Shown here: one piece after another, positions 26,423-35,501 of the stretch
How the letters are laid out: each line of letters begins with the position of its first letter
Numbering within the stretch: the stretch's first letter is position 1
Virus record (IMG/VR): IMGVR_UViG_3300045141_000107
Coordinates: 1 to 64,000 of that record
From: a virus
DNA length: 64,000 nt
Strand: one strand, 5' to 3'
The notes under the pieces: model-generated
The model's database searches: none
What the model saw: only the letters and a program-made list of their open reading frames with translations
What the model was told of the DNA's origin: nothing
Translations under genes and position numbers: made by a program

Positions 26423-26937
26423 TACGGCATCATTGCCCTTAGACCGAATGCACGGCGCTTGCCTCTGTAGCGCGTGTTGCTTAGTGCACCAATGGGAGGT
26501 GTGAGGCCACCAATGACGTTGGGGATGTGACTGTCGTTCTGAAGCTCTACATGGTTGCCAGCAGGCATAGTCACCACGGCTTTGTTACTGACAGGCTTGC
26601 GGTAAGGCTTGACGTAGCTGTTGGACTTGACTACAGACCCGTGCCGCAGGTTTACAGACATGGGTTCCGTGTGTATACCCTGGTCGAACAGGACCAGAGA
26701 GACCTGTGCAGCACGTGGTGTCAGGTACACATACCGCAGCTTCTTTTCTGGGTCGGTGAAGCGGATAGTCTGCACATCCACAGACACAGACTTGGCTGTA
26801 GGAAACGCTGCCCGCACTGCATCAGCCCACATGCAGTGTGATGAACTACGTGCCTCAGCGTTCTGGATAATCTCCTCCGTAACCGTGATCGTCAGCTTAG
26901 GTGCATGTGGTCGTCTAACTGTAGTTTGCTCTGCCAC
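26422..26937 (-). CDS. hypothetical protein, first gene of modification cluster
   Basis: ITVTEEII...SHCMWADAV; SD GGAGAAAGGGA. Confidence 0.65.
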   Translation of the reverse strand: MAEQTTVRRPHAPKLTITVTEEIIQNAEARSSSHCMWADAVRAAFPTAKSVSVDVQTIRFTDPEKKLRYVYLTPRAAQVSLVLFDQGIHTEPMSVNLRHGSVVKSNSYVKPYRKPVSNKAVVTMPAGNHVELQNDSHIPNVIGGLTPPIGALSNTRYRGKRRAFGLRAMMP

Positions 26938-26957
26938 GATTTGTCCCTTTCTCCACA

Positions 26958-27001
26958 TAAACAAACGGGGCGAAGGTGTGACACACAGCACCAACGCCCC
27001 G
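26958..27001 (-). terminator. intrinsic terminator
   Basis: CGGGGCG..GGTG/CACC..CGCCCCG stem then TTTGTTT on minus strand. Confidence 0.6.
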
Positions 27002-27027
27002 CTGTTTCCGCTCTAGGCGGTCCTCTG

Positions 27028-28137
27028 CTACGCTTCTGCTAGCGCTGCCGCCCTACGCCGTTCCCGCTTGGGCATAACGCGGTGACAGGTTTCACAGATG
27101 CTGTGATGCTGAACAATATTGCCGCCCACCCGCATAAGGCGACGTACAAGGCTTGGATCCTCCAAGACCCTGCTGTAGTTTGACGCCACGTAGGTCACGT
27201 GGTTAGCCAACTGATACAGGTTTTCTACAGGATGGTTAACCAGCCTGTTGCGGATCATGTCGCGGACAGCAGGTGGGATGCCGAAATCTGCCAGCATTGC
27301 TGCAAGCTCTTCGTCAGTGTGGCTACCCACTGCGACGTCTTTCAACGCCTTGAAGCGGTCCACCTCTGTGCCCACCCGATCGAGGATAGTGGGTACGTTG
27401 GTGGTAATCCACTCTTTGTCGTCCGACTCTTCACGGCTCCTGCCGTAGTGCGCTACGTTCTGGGTGCTGGTCATGCCGTTGGTGCACACCAGACGCTCCC
27501 AGTAACCAGAGAGATCCAACCCTAGACCAGTGCCACCAGGGGCACTGTACCCGTATGGGCTGACGTAGAGCTGGATGCCACTGGTAACTACGTCGTTAAC
27601 CTTGGCTCCTTGTGCCCCACCTTCAAGACGCTGGTAGTCCTTGCCGCCCATGCTGTACTCGTTGTTACCAACAAGCGAGATATACTGGCGGTCAGGGGTT
27701 CCCCAGACCTTGTACCCCTTGACGTTTCTGCGACCACCCATTGCACGCTCTACGGTGCGCATGTAGTCAACGGGGTCACGCACTTCGACCTTACCATCGA
27801 TGATGGCTTGGATCTCACCGTCACGTGTTAGTGCTTTGAGGGAGCCTTGCCGTTCCCTGAAGCTGTGATCGAGCAGAGCCACAACGTGCTCCTGGGCTGG
27901 TGTGCCCATGTACTTGAGCATGCTATTACTCTGCAAGCCGCTAACCCGGAAGATGGTATCCCAGGCACCCTGGCCCAGAGGCATGGTATCGTCCTTGTTG
28001 CCGAAGCGGTACTGGACTTTACCACTGGTGCCCACTTGCAACCCGTAGCTGTCGTCTGGGGCGAACTGGCGTTCCTGCAACCCGCTAAAGGGTAGGAGCG
28101 TCTGCAGTGCCGTGTCACGATCAACCATTTGCGTCAT
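27028..28137 (-). CDS. DUF932-like protein
   Basis: RLVCTNGM motif, NLYQLANHVT. Confidence 0.65.
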   Translation of the reverse strand: MTQMVDRDTALQTLLPFSGLQERQFAPDDSYGLQVGTSGKVQYRFGNKDDTMPLGQGAWDTIFRVSGLQSNSMLKYMGTPAQEHVVALLDHSFRERQGSLKALTRDGEIQAIIDGKVEVRDPVDYMRTVERAMGGRRNVKGYKVWGTPDRQYISLVGNNEYSMGGKDYQRLEGGAQGAKVNDVVTSGIQLYVSPYGYSAPGGTGLGLDLSGYWERLVCTNGMTSTQNVAHYGRSREESDDKEWITTNVPTILDRVGTEVDRFKALKDVAVGSHTDEELAAMLADFGIPPAVRDMIRNRLVNHPVENLYQLANHVTYVASNYSRVLEDPSLVRRLMRVGGNIVQHHSICETCHRVMPKRERRRAAALAEA

Positions 28138-28141
28138 TGTG

Positions 28142-28345
28142 TTATGCCACTACTTTCTTTTTCTTGACTTCGGGGCGCAGTTTGGTAATCTTTACCACCT
28201 TCGTCCCGCACTTGGTATGGTTGCCTTCGATCATGCCGCGATTGTTGGGTGTTGTGCGGTACCTCCCACGTAGGTTCTTCACTTTTACGCGGCACTTCAT
28301 GCAATACCCGTCGTACAGTTCTTGTCCTTCTTCAAGGGCTGCCAT
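28142..28345 (-). CDS. DUF5679-like small Zn-ribbon protein
   Basis: YCMKCR...NNR.MIEG...CGTKVVKI. Confidence 0.7.
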   Translation of the reverse strand: MAALEEGQELYDGYCMKCRVKVKNLRGRYRTTPNNRGMIEGNHTKCGTKVVKITKLRPEVKKKKVVA

Positions 28346-28380
28346 GTTTTTCTCCCTGGGCTGCATGGGCCGACAACCAA

Positions 28381-28410
28381 AGTATGCCACATTGGACGGT
28401 CGGCCTGCAA
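28381..28410 (-). promoter_or_regulatory. sigma70-type promoter
   Basis: TTGCAG-N18-CATACT; shares CATACTTTGGTT with the 7014 promoter. Confidence 0.6.
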
Positions 28411-28452
28411 CCCTACTTGGACTATCTAGTCTGCTCTATCTGATCGAAATAT

Positions 28453-29463
28453 CTAACGTCGGCGGCCGAGGGGTCGCTTCGTTGTTGCTGCTGCCCGCGC
28501 AGGTGTTTTTGTAGTCTTCCGTCGTGGTGCTTCTTCTTCCTCGTCTTCATCTTCTTCGTCTTCTTCGTCGGCATCATCTTCGTCTTCGTCCTCATCCTCC
28601 TCTTCTTCTACTGGTGCCGCTTTTCGTCCTCGGGCTGTGGCCGTTTTTCGGCTTCGCGCTGGAGGCTCTTCTTCATCTTCCTCTTCATCTTCTTCATCCG
28701 ATTCTTCTTCGTCTTCATCCTCGTCCTCGTCTACCGGGGCACGACGACGTGACGTCTTGGCTGCGGTTTTACGACGAGGGGCCTCCTCCTCGTCTTCATC
28801 CTCATCTTCATCCTCCACATCTTCCACATCGTCTTCGTCCTCATCATCATCAATGGACGAAGCTCGTGCTTTCAGCCCACGGCTACCGCCGTAGTAGGCT
28901 TGTGCCTGCTGATCGAGGTACTGAACAATATCGATCAGCTTGATATTGCGCTGGTCGAAGCGTTCCTTCTCCTCCGCTTCGATGTGGTATTTGGTGTCGG
29001 TGCCTTCACCTGTACGAGTAATGCTATAGTCGCGGTCCATGATGGTTCCGCGGCGCTCGTACTTGATGATCAGGTTCTCGACCATCGCTCCCGTGAGCTT
29101 CAGCAAACGAACCTGCTTGCTGTCACGGTCCCAGACGTTCACGTACCAACGCTTTCCGGCACGCACATCACCGTCCAGACGGCAGTTGTCGATGCAGGGG
29201 ACATACGCCCCGTTACCGCCTCCGCCCCCAGGAACGTAGTGCTCATAGTACTCCACCCATGGAGTCTTACCGAACGGTTCATGCAGGAAACGTACTGTAC
29301 GCGCTTCTCCCTCCTTGAAGGTCAAGCGCACGCTAGGCATCTGCTTAGCGGAGTCCTGCAAACTCTTGGAGTCTGTGTGCGTCGCTGTACGCACTTTGAT
29401 GGTCCTGGGCGCTTCCTCGTCACGCCCATTACGTGAGAACGCGGTCTTCTTGGCTACTGCCAT
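28453..29463 (-). CDS. gp32-like single-stranded DNA-binding protein with long charge-blocked tail
   Basis: VRFL, YEHY, DYSITRTGEGTDTKY; located after primase. Confidence 0.8.
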   Translation of the reverse strand: MAVAKKTAFSRNGRDEEAPRTIKVRTATHTDSKSLQDSAKQMPSVRLTFKEGEARTVRFLHEPFGKTPWVEYYEHYVPGGGGGNGAYVPCIDNCRLDGDVRAGKRWYVNVWDRDSKQVRLLKLTGAMVENLIIKYERRGTIMDRDYSITRTGEGTDTKYHIEAEEKERFDQRNIKLIDIVQYLDQQAQAYYGGSRGLKARASSIDDDEDEDDVEDVEDEDEDEDEEEAPRRKTAAKTSRRRAPVDEDEDEDEEESDEEDEEEDEEEPPARSRKTATARGRKAAPVEEEEDEDEDEDDADEEDEEDEDEEEEAPRRKTTKTPARAAATTKRPLGRRR

Positions 29464-29530
29464 ACTTTCTCCTAGACCCAAATTTTGGGTGCCACCTAAA
29501 CTGTACTTGTCCCAGCTTTGTGGAGCAACC

Positions 29531-30523
29531 CTACCCTCTGAACGGGTCGTAATCAGGCTCTACCATAGCCGACCAATGAACTCGCCTGGCAAGCATCCTA
29601 CGCATCGTCTGCTCGCTTAGCTCATTGGGATCTTTCCTGTTTGCCCGCCATTGTACCACAAACACCCGTGGCACAAGCTCGGCTAGGTCTTGGCACATCT
29701 TGAACTGAGCAATGTGTCCAGGAGCATCGTTGTCGCAAAACACCGTCACTTCATCGAAACGGTCCACTATAAGCGCTAGTTGCTCTCGGGTAAGTCCGGT
29801 TCCAAGTGCTGCGACAAAATTCTCAATTCCGTATTCGTATGCCCGGAGTGCATCTTTAGCACCTTCGACCACAACAACATTATCATATCGGGCAGCAACA
29901 TACGGCAATCCATACAGGACATGGCGGCGATCAAAGTCTTTAGAGTATAGATATCTTGGGCGTTGTGTTTGGTTGACAGCTCGTCTGATGATGCCAACCC
30001 ACTTGCCCTCTGCTCTAATCGGGATAACCGCTCGTTTAGATACACCATCATATCCAAGGCAAAAGCGCTTGACAGTCTCTCGACTGAACCTCCCGAACGG
30101 AATTCCATTATACCACCACCATGATTTGCCTTTCCGGTACCTTGTGATATCTAGGTCTACAAAGCTGTGTCGTGGCGGGTTCAGGATGGCATCCAATTGT
30201 GCCAGGTTGCGCTTACGCATACTTACCACATCGAGCAAGCTGCCGTACTCGCTGATAACGTCTATGGCGTCCTTGTAGGTGGTGCCCTGCGTAAGCATAA
30301 CCAGCCGTGGCAGGTTGCCTCTCTCCCCACACACCCAACAATGCCATAGTCCCGTGCGCGTGTTAATCTCCAGGTTAGGCGCTCCAGTTTCCCCATGGAA
30401 TACGCACAGGGTTACAAATTCTTGTTGTATTACCTCGCCTTCTATGCGCAGTCTTTCCAATACCTGAGGCACGTTTACCTCGAGGTCGTCAAGCTGCGGC
30501 TGTGATCTCTCCGTATATTGCAT
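29531..30523 (-). CDS. dnaG: DNA primase (CHC2 Zn finger + TOPRIM)
   Basis: CVFH...WHCWVC, VVEGAKD, CDNDAPG. Confidence 0.92.
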   Translation of the reverse strand: MQYTERSQPQLDDLEVNVPQVLERLRIEGEVIQQEFVTLCVFHGETGAPNLEINTRTGLWHCWVCGERGNLPRLVMLTQGTTYKDAIDVISEYGSLLDVVSMRKRNLAQLDAILNPPRHSFVDLDITRYRKGKSWWWYNGIPFGRFSRETVKRFCLGYDGVSKRAVIPIRAEGKWVGIIRRAVNQTQRPRYLYSKDFDRRHVLYGLPYVAARYDNVVVVEGAKDALRAYEYGIENFVAALGTGLTREQLALIVDRFDEVTVFCDNDAPGHIAQFKMCQDLAELVPRVFVVQWRANRKDPNELSEQTMRRMLARRVHWSAMVEPDYDPFRG

Positions 30524-30704
30524 TACACTCAGGGCACCAACTGGTGGTGATAGTTACCGTTTGTATAGCTTCTCTGTTCTCTATCTGCTGTAGGTACATA
30601 AGATCTCCATGCTCTATAGCAGTCCATACAGCATTCTGGTCAACAAGATTGATGTCTTGAAGAAACACGCTATTGGGGTGGGTGCACTTACCGCTCGACG
30701 CCAT
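30489..30704 (-). CDS. small Cys protein
   Basis: CTH...CPEC. Confidence 0.5.
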   Translation of the reverse strand: MASSGKCTHPNSVFLQDINLVDQNAVWTAIEHGDLMYLQQIENREAIQTVTITTSWCPECNAIYGEITAAA

Positions 30705-30879
30705 TGATCATCACCTTTACGGAATCGTAGCCGTGTTTTTCCAGGTAATCAGCAAGGGCTTCGTCAAGGAGTCTGTATACGGGCATACCCTGACGTAGTG
30801 CCATTACGCGCAAGCGGCGCACCAACACTTCGTCAACACCCCTGACTGCCCACCTGTACGGGGGAGTCTCGTCAGTCAT
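30688..30879 (-). CDS. ribbon-helix-helix DNA-binding protein
   Basis: WAVRGVDEVLVRRLRVMALRQGMPVYRLLDEALADYL. Confidence 0.75.
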   Translation of the reverse strand: MTDETPPYRWAVRGVDEVLVRRLRVMALRQGMPVYRLLDEALADYLEKHGYDSVKVMINGVER

Positions 30880-32170
30880 CCGACTCCTCGTCGCTGGTTA
30901 CACGTGCACGACGGCGTGCTGTGCTAATCTCACTAATGAAACCATTGTCGATGTCTAGCTCGAACTTGATGGTGTCACCAGTGCGCCCACGCCTGTTCTT
31001 CTTCACAACCATCTTGAGGTCGCCAGCGCGGTAACGCAACGAAAGCACCTGGTCGCTGTCTGCACCCAACGCATCCGTCAGCGAGATATGGTCCAGCTCT
31101 GGCGCGTCCTGCGCATCGACACCCTTGCGGTTGGCCTGTGCGTTCAACACAAACGGGATGTCAAACTTCATGGCAATGTTGTGTTTCGCCATGCGGCTGG
31201 TCTGCACTGCCTGGATCCAGTTCTCGCCACCACGGGTTACGTCGTTACCCACACCCAGACCAAAGTAGTCGAAGAACGCAATGTTAGGCTCGTGCTGCTC
31301 GCACTTGGCAACCATCGTTGCCATGCTAAAGCCACCTTGCGCATTGGGTGTGATGAATCCAGACTTGAGGTGTTTCTTGGCACGAATCAGGAAACGCCTG
31401 TACTTGGGTAGGTCTACCGTACCCATCATCATGCCCATGTTGCTGAAGCGGTCCTTGAACTCATTCTGCATGGTGGACGCCAGCATGTTGTTCAGCAACG
31501 TCTGCACACGCATACCGATCTGTGCGGGGGACATCTCCAGGCTGGCGTATAGGACTTTGGCACCCTCAACCGCAGCCCGCGTGGCAAAATACAAAGACAT
31601 CCACGTCTTGAACTCACCCTGGCGTGCTACGATGGTGATGAGGTCTGGCCCCTGCATGCCGCCTGTGATTTTGTCCAGGGTTGGTATCCCAAACGGGTAC
31701 CCAATGGACTCACCAGCAGCCACTTGATCGTGTGCATGTTTCACGTGGTTGTACGTGTGCTGCCAGTTGTTGAAGATATCCACATCCTCGCCCTTGGCGT
31801 ATGTCTGAAGGATTAGGCGGATATCGCTTTCTAGCTCTGTAGCCAGTTGCGTTGGCTCGACACGTCCAAGCCTGCGCATTGCACGCTCGAACATCTTGCC
31901 CATGTCGTACTCTGCCTTGTTGCGCTGCACCTGTGCAACGAGCAACTGCATTTCCTCTGGGTCTGTTACGACTACCCGGAAGTTGGGAAATCGTGCCTTG
32001 AACGTCTCCTTGCCCGCGGACCTGTGCTCCTGCAACCAGATCCACTCGGCCTTGCGGCGCATAAACAGGCCATCGGTTGCGCCTAACCTAGACGCGGCAC
32101 CTACGCCTTTACCCGGACCACGCGGGTGCCGCACAATCGCACTAATAAGGATGTCTTCGCTTGTCGCCAC
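30872..32170 (-). CDS. dnaB: DnaB-like replicative helicase
   Basis: FGIPTLDKITGG, ARQGEFKT, SLEMS, FDY, AQANR, DSDQV, KNRRG. Confidence 0.9.
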   Translation of the reverse strand: MATSEDILISAIVRHPRGPGKGVGAASRLGATDGLFMRRKAEWIWLQEHRSAGKETFKARFPNFRVVVTDPEEMQLLVAQVQRNKAEYDMGKMFERAMRRLGRVEPTQLATELESDIRLILQTYAKGEDVDIFNNWQHTYNHVKHAHDQVAAGESIGYPFGIPTLDKITGGMQGPDLITIVARQGEFKTWMSLYFATRAAVEGAKVLYASLEMSPAQIGMRVQTLLNNMLASTMQNEFKDRFSNMGMMMGTVDLPKYRRFLIRAKKHLKSGFITPNAQGGFSMATMVAKCEQHEPNIAFFDYFGLGVGNDVTRGGENWIQAVQTSRMAKHNIAMKFDIPFVLNAQANRKGVDAQDAPELDHISLTDALGADSDQVLSLRYRAGDLKMVVKKNRRGRTGDTIKFELDIDNGFISEISTARRRARVTSDEESDD

Positions 32171-32205
32171 TCTTTACTCTCCAGCAGCTTTTTGCTGCAC
32201 CCCAC

Positions 32206-32234
32206 AGTATACCATCTGCGTACCTGAGATGCAA
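32206..32234 (-). promoter_or_regulatory. sigma70-type promoter of replication operon
   Basis: TTGCAT-N17-TATACT with extended TG. Confidence 0.7.
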
Positions 32235-32235
32235 G

Positions 32236-33135
32236 CTAGTCGTAGATACCAAAAGCTCGTCTGGTGAGCCTGTTGTTGTATTCAACTGAGGCAGCAATAC
32301 TCTCAGCCTTTACTTTCTCCCAGATCCAGGGGAAGACACACTCATCATCATACTCCCCCAATTCGTCTTCGGTGTATCTCTGAGCTATTACCTCGCGAAA
32401 GTAATAGTCATTGGTGAAACTACGTAGTCCATTGGGTTTACGCTTAGCACCCAGAAAAGCAGTCTGGATGAACACCTTCAGTTTCCAAGGTTCTCCCAGC
32501 CTGTGCAACAAGATACGTGCAGCCCCGACTTCCATAGGCCAGTTTAGCTGCGGTATTTCCCCAAACCTTACCCTGAAGACATAGGAGAAGTAGCAGACGA
32601 AATCAGGCCCAGTCCACTGGTCCACGTTGTTGCAGTGTGTTCTAAATCTCTTGAAAGGAGAACTATGCGTCTTCACCGTTTTCAAGAGACTGGGTACGTT
32701 ATCGAATACCGTACCATTACGTATATGCGCATCCCGCTGCGCATTTTCCTTTTCCTTGCCTATAATATACCTAAAGGGTACTACTTCTTTTTGGAAAACC
32801 GTTTTGGAGGCATCCATAGACCCTTTTTGGTTGCCGCTAGGAACGTGGCGAACGACCTTCTTAGGGGTACTGCCAGTAGAAACAGACTGGTTGCCCCTAG
32901 ATCTAGTTTGGTTGCCCCTAATTGACGCGACTTGATATTTCGTTGGTCTGTGGCCGGTACCCACTTGAAGGACTTCCAGACTGCCGTCGTCTATAAGAGC
33001 CTTCAGTATCTTCTTGGTATACTGGCGCGACCAGCCGAATATCAAACCTATCTCAGTGCTGCCAACCCTGACGATACCTTGTACGTTACAATGGTCTTCG
33101 CACCATACCAACACGAGGCGTTGGTTCTTAGTCAC
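32236..33135 (-). CDS. putative replication initiator (N-terminal winged HTH)
   Basis: EIGLIFGWSRQYTKKILKALIDDG; upstream of helicase; internal repeats. Confidence 0.6.
   Translation of the reverse strand: MTKNQRLVLVWCEDHCNVQGIVRVGSTEIGLIFGWSRQYTKKILKALIDDGSLEVLQVGTGHRPTKYQVASIRGNQTRSRGNQSVSTGSTPKKVVRHVPSGNQKGSMDASKTVFQKEVVPFRYIIGKEKENAQRDAHIRNGTVFDNVPSLLKTVKTHSSPFKRFRTHCNNVDQWTGPDFVCYFSYVFRVRFGEIPQLNWPMEVGAARILLHRLGEPWKLKVFIQTAFLGAKRKPNGLRSFTNDYYFREVIAQRYTEDELGEYDDECVFPWIWEKVKAESIAASVEYNNRLTRRAFGIYD
32828..32921. repeat. three iteron-like repeats TGGTTGCC(C/G)CTA
   Basis: copies at 32828, 32888, 32909; adjacent AT-rich tract at about 32740-32805. Confidence 0.65.
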
Positions 33136-33242
33136 AGAAGACTGTCCGGTTTACCCTCTTTTTTGCCATGCCACAAATTGTAGCAGCTACGACGTTCCTA
33201 GGGGCATCTCCAAAAAGTAGATTTGAACTCAGAACTTATAGA

Positions 33243-33271
33243 TTGCTTGTAGACTAAAGATTTGGTATAGT
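33243..33271 (+). promoter_or_regulatory. sigma70-type promoter (divergent region)
   Basis: TTGCTT-N17-TATAGT; opposite-strand TGCTACAAT near 33177-33185. Confidence 0.65.
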
Positions 33272-33283
33272 AAAGGCACAGCA

Positions 33284-34789
33284 ATGGCAAGAGCATCTAG
33301 GCAAAAGATTACTGCCACGGTCGGAGGTAAACTGGTCTTACCAAGACAGCAAGTACCACGCGATCTATTTGAGGCACTCCTTACGCACCTTACTTGGGAT
33401 AATCCTGAGTACACGGACCGTGTGTTCAGACAATTGAGTACGCGGATATACGACAAGAAAACGCGCACGTGGCGAGAGATACCAAAACACATCTACGGTA
33501 TCGCAATAAATGACGAGAACCAGACATACGAACTGGCAAGAGAGTTCGTACCAGAGTTCGAGAGACTGTGTGGGGAACGCGAGATAGAGATAGAATGGGA
33601 CGATAGACGGGTTATACATGAAGCCCATCCTTTGCCCCACAGCATAGAATTATGGGCACCACAGATACCCGCTGTCGAGGACCTAATGCATGATGATTAC
33701 GGACATCAAGGTGTGCTTGAGGCACCATGCGGGTCTGGGAAAACAGTTATGTTGCTGTATCTCGTGGCAGAACTGGGACAGCCAACTATCATACTCGCTC
33801 ATACAGATGATCTTCTCAAACAATGGCAAGATTACTGCCGCCGTCTTCTGGATTACGACCCAGGACTTATCCAAGGAGACACCTGCGACATAAAGCAAAT
33901 CACGCTGGCTAGCGTAATGACGCTTGCACGTAGGCATCTGGACGACGAGTTCCTGAGCCAGTGGGGTATGATTATACTGGACGAGGCGCACCATTGTCCG
34001 GCAGCTTGCTTTCAAGAAGTAATGACACAGTTTCCCGCATACTACCGCTTTGGAGCTACTGCTACACCCAGACGGGAAGACAACTTGCAGGGACTCCTCT
34101 ACGCCATCTGTGGGCCAGTTATTGCTAAGGTACAACGTAGGGCACTAAAGCAAGCCGGACTTATTGTAGACCCCGTCGTGATGGTACAGGAAACTGGTTT
34201 CACCTACCCGTACACAAACATGCATCAGTGGCACCCAATGGTGCGTTCTTTGATACATGATAGGCGACGTAATGCCCAGATCATCGAAAACATCATCCGA
34301 GACTTCGACAGCGGAGACCACGTCCAGCTTGTCCTATCTCAGCAAATCGACCACCTCGATCTCCTGGCAAAATCTTTACAAGAACGTCGACCTGACATTA
34401 CCCAAGAGCTCCTTATCGCCGGAGGAACTAAGAAAGATAAGTACGGACATATCACACGTACTATCGGTCGTACGAAGAAGGAAAGGGCGGCAGCTATCAA
34501 GTCTGCTAGAAAAGGCGATCTGCGCGTACTTTTTGGAACTCAACTGGCAGACGAGGGACTCGATATCCCACGCCTCGACAGGCTTCACCTTGTCTTTCCC
34601 ACAAGGGCACAAGGCAAGATTGCGCAGCAAGTTGGACGCATTCAACGTGTCCATCCCCGAAAGAGAGATGTTATCGTCCGTGATTACGTGGACGAACCGC
34701 GCGTCCTCAAAAACCAGTGGTTCGAGAGGCGAAAAGCTTACGTAGAAATGGAGTTAGAGATAGTCCGTGCGAATCAAAGGACGAGCTGA
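33284..34789 (+). CDS. superfamily 2 helicase (DEAH, UvsW/XPB-like)
   Basis: APCGSGKT, DEAHH, ATATP, EGLDIP, QQVGRIQR. Confidence 0.93.
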   Translation: MARASRQKITATVGGKLVLPRQQVPRDLFEALLTHLTWDNPEYTDRVFRQLSTRIYDKKTRTWREIPKHIYGIAINDENQTYELAREFVPEFERLCGEREIEIEWDDRRVIHEAHPLPHSIELWAPQIPAVEDLMHDDYGHQGVLEAPCGSGKTVMLLYLVAELGQPTIILAHTDDLLKQWQDYCRRLLDYDPGLIQGDTCDIKQITLASVMTLARRHLDDEFLSQWGMIILDEAHHCPAACFQEVMTQFPAYYRFGATATPRREDNLQGLLYAICGPVIAKVQRRALKQAGLIVDPVVMVQETGFTYPYTNMHQWHPMVRSLIHDRRRNAQIIENIIRDFDSGDHVQLVLSQQIDHLDLLAKSLQERRPDITQELLIAGGTKKDKYGHITRTIGRTKKERAAAIKSARKGDLRVLFGTQLADEGLDIPRLDRLHLVFPTRAQGKIAQQVGRIQRVHPRKRDVIVRDYVDEPRVLKNQWFERRKAYVEMELEIVRANQRTS

Positions 34790-35198
34790 ATTACTTACCT
34801 GGCTACGGCGTAGGGCAACGCTTGATGAGAAGCGTAAGACGCTTACCCGTAGCATAGACAACATCAACGGTTGGGTACTGGCATACTATGAGCGCCACAA
34901 CCTTACCGATGTTGTAGACCCAGAAACCAAGACCAAGTGGCAGAAGCGCCAGGGTACCACACAGATCTGGAACAATGAAGAACTGAAAAAGCTGCTCAAG
35001 CGCCGCCAGGTGCCAGAGGAGCTAGTATTCAGCATTGTCCCAACGGAAGTGCGCAATGATGAGGCTATCTTCCAGCTTATGCGTGATGGCATCCTCAGTA
35101 TTGCAGACATCGAAACAGTCAGCATGTTGCAGAGCCACAAACCCTACATTATTGGATTGAACAAGAATGCCAAGAAACACAGCGATACAGAAGATTAG
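34767..35198 (+). CDS. hypothetical protein
   Basis: coupled ORF. Confidence 0.65.
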   Translation: MRIKGRAELLTWLRRRATLDEKRKTLTRSIDNINGWVLAYYERHNLTDVVDPETKTKWQKRQGTTQIWNNEELKKLLKRRQVPEELVFSIVPTEVRNDEAIFQLMRDGILSIADIETVSMLQSHKPYIIGLNKNAKKHSDTED

Positions 35199-35397
35199 TC
35201 CACCCCTGGACGAAGGCGATAAGGTGGGCGTAAGTTTTGGTGTTACCCTCAATATGGGTGAATACCAGAGTCTGCGCGTAGAGGCGTGGGCAGAAACAAC
35301 TATACGGGAGGGCGAGACCTCCGCCTCTGCATACAGACGTATATTCGATCTAGTAGAAAAGCAAGCCAACACCAAAGCCGCTGAGTACAAGCGCTAA
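35167..35397 (+). CDS. hypothetical phage protein
   Basis: GVTLNMGEYQSLRVE motif. Confidence 0.65.
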   Translation: MPRNTAIQKISPPLDEGDKVGVSFGVTLNMGEYQSLRVEAWAETTIREGETSASAYRRIFDLVEKQANTKAAEYKR

Positions 35398-35403
35398 ATG
35401 GGC

Positions 35404-35432
35404 TTGCAAACCCAGAACCTCTGTGTTATAGT
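35404..35432 (+). promoter_or_regulatory. sigma70-type promoter
   Basis: TTGCAA-N17-TATAGT with extended TG. Confidence 0.7.
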
Positions 35433-35501
35433 GACGTTGTGCAGCAGCCAATCAGGGAAATTGGACTCCCAAATCTTATTTGGCTACTAAGGAGAATCGA
35501 G

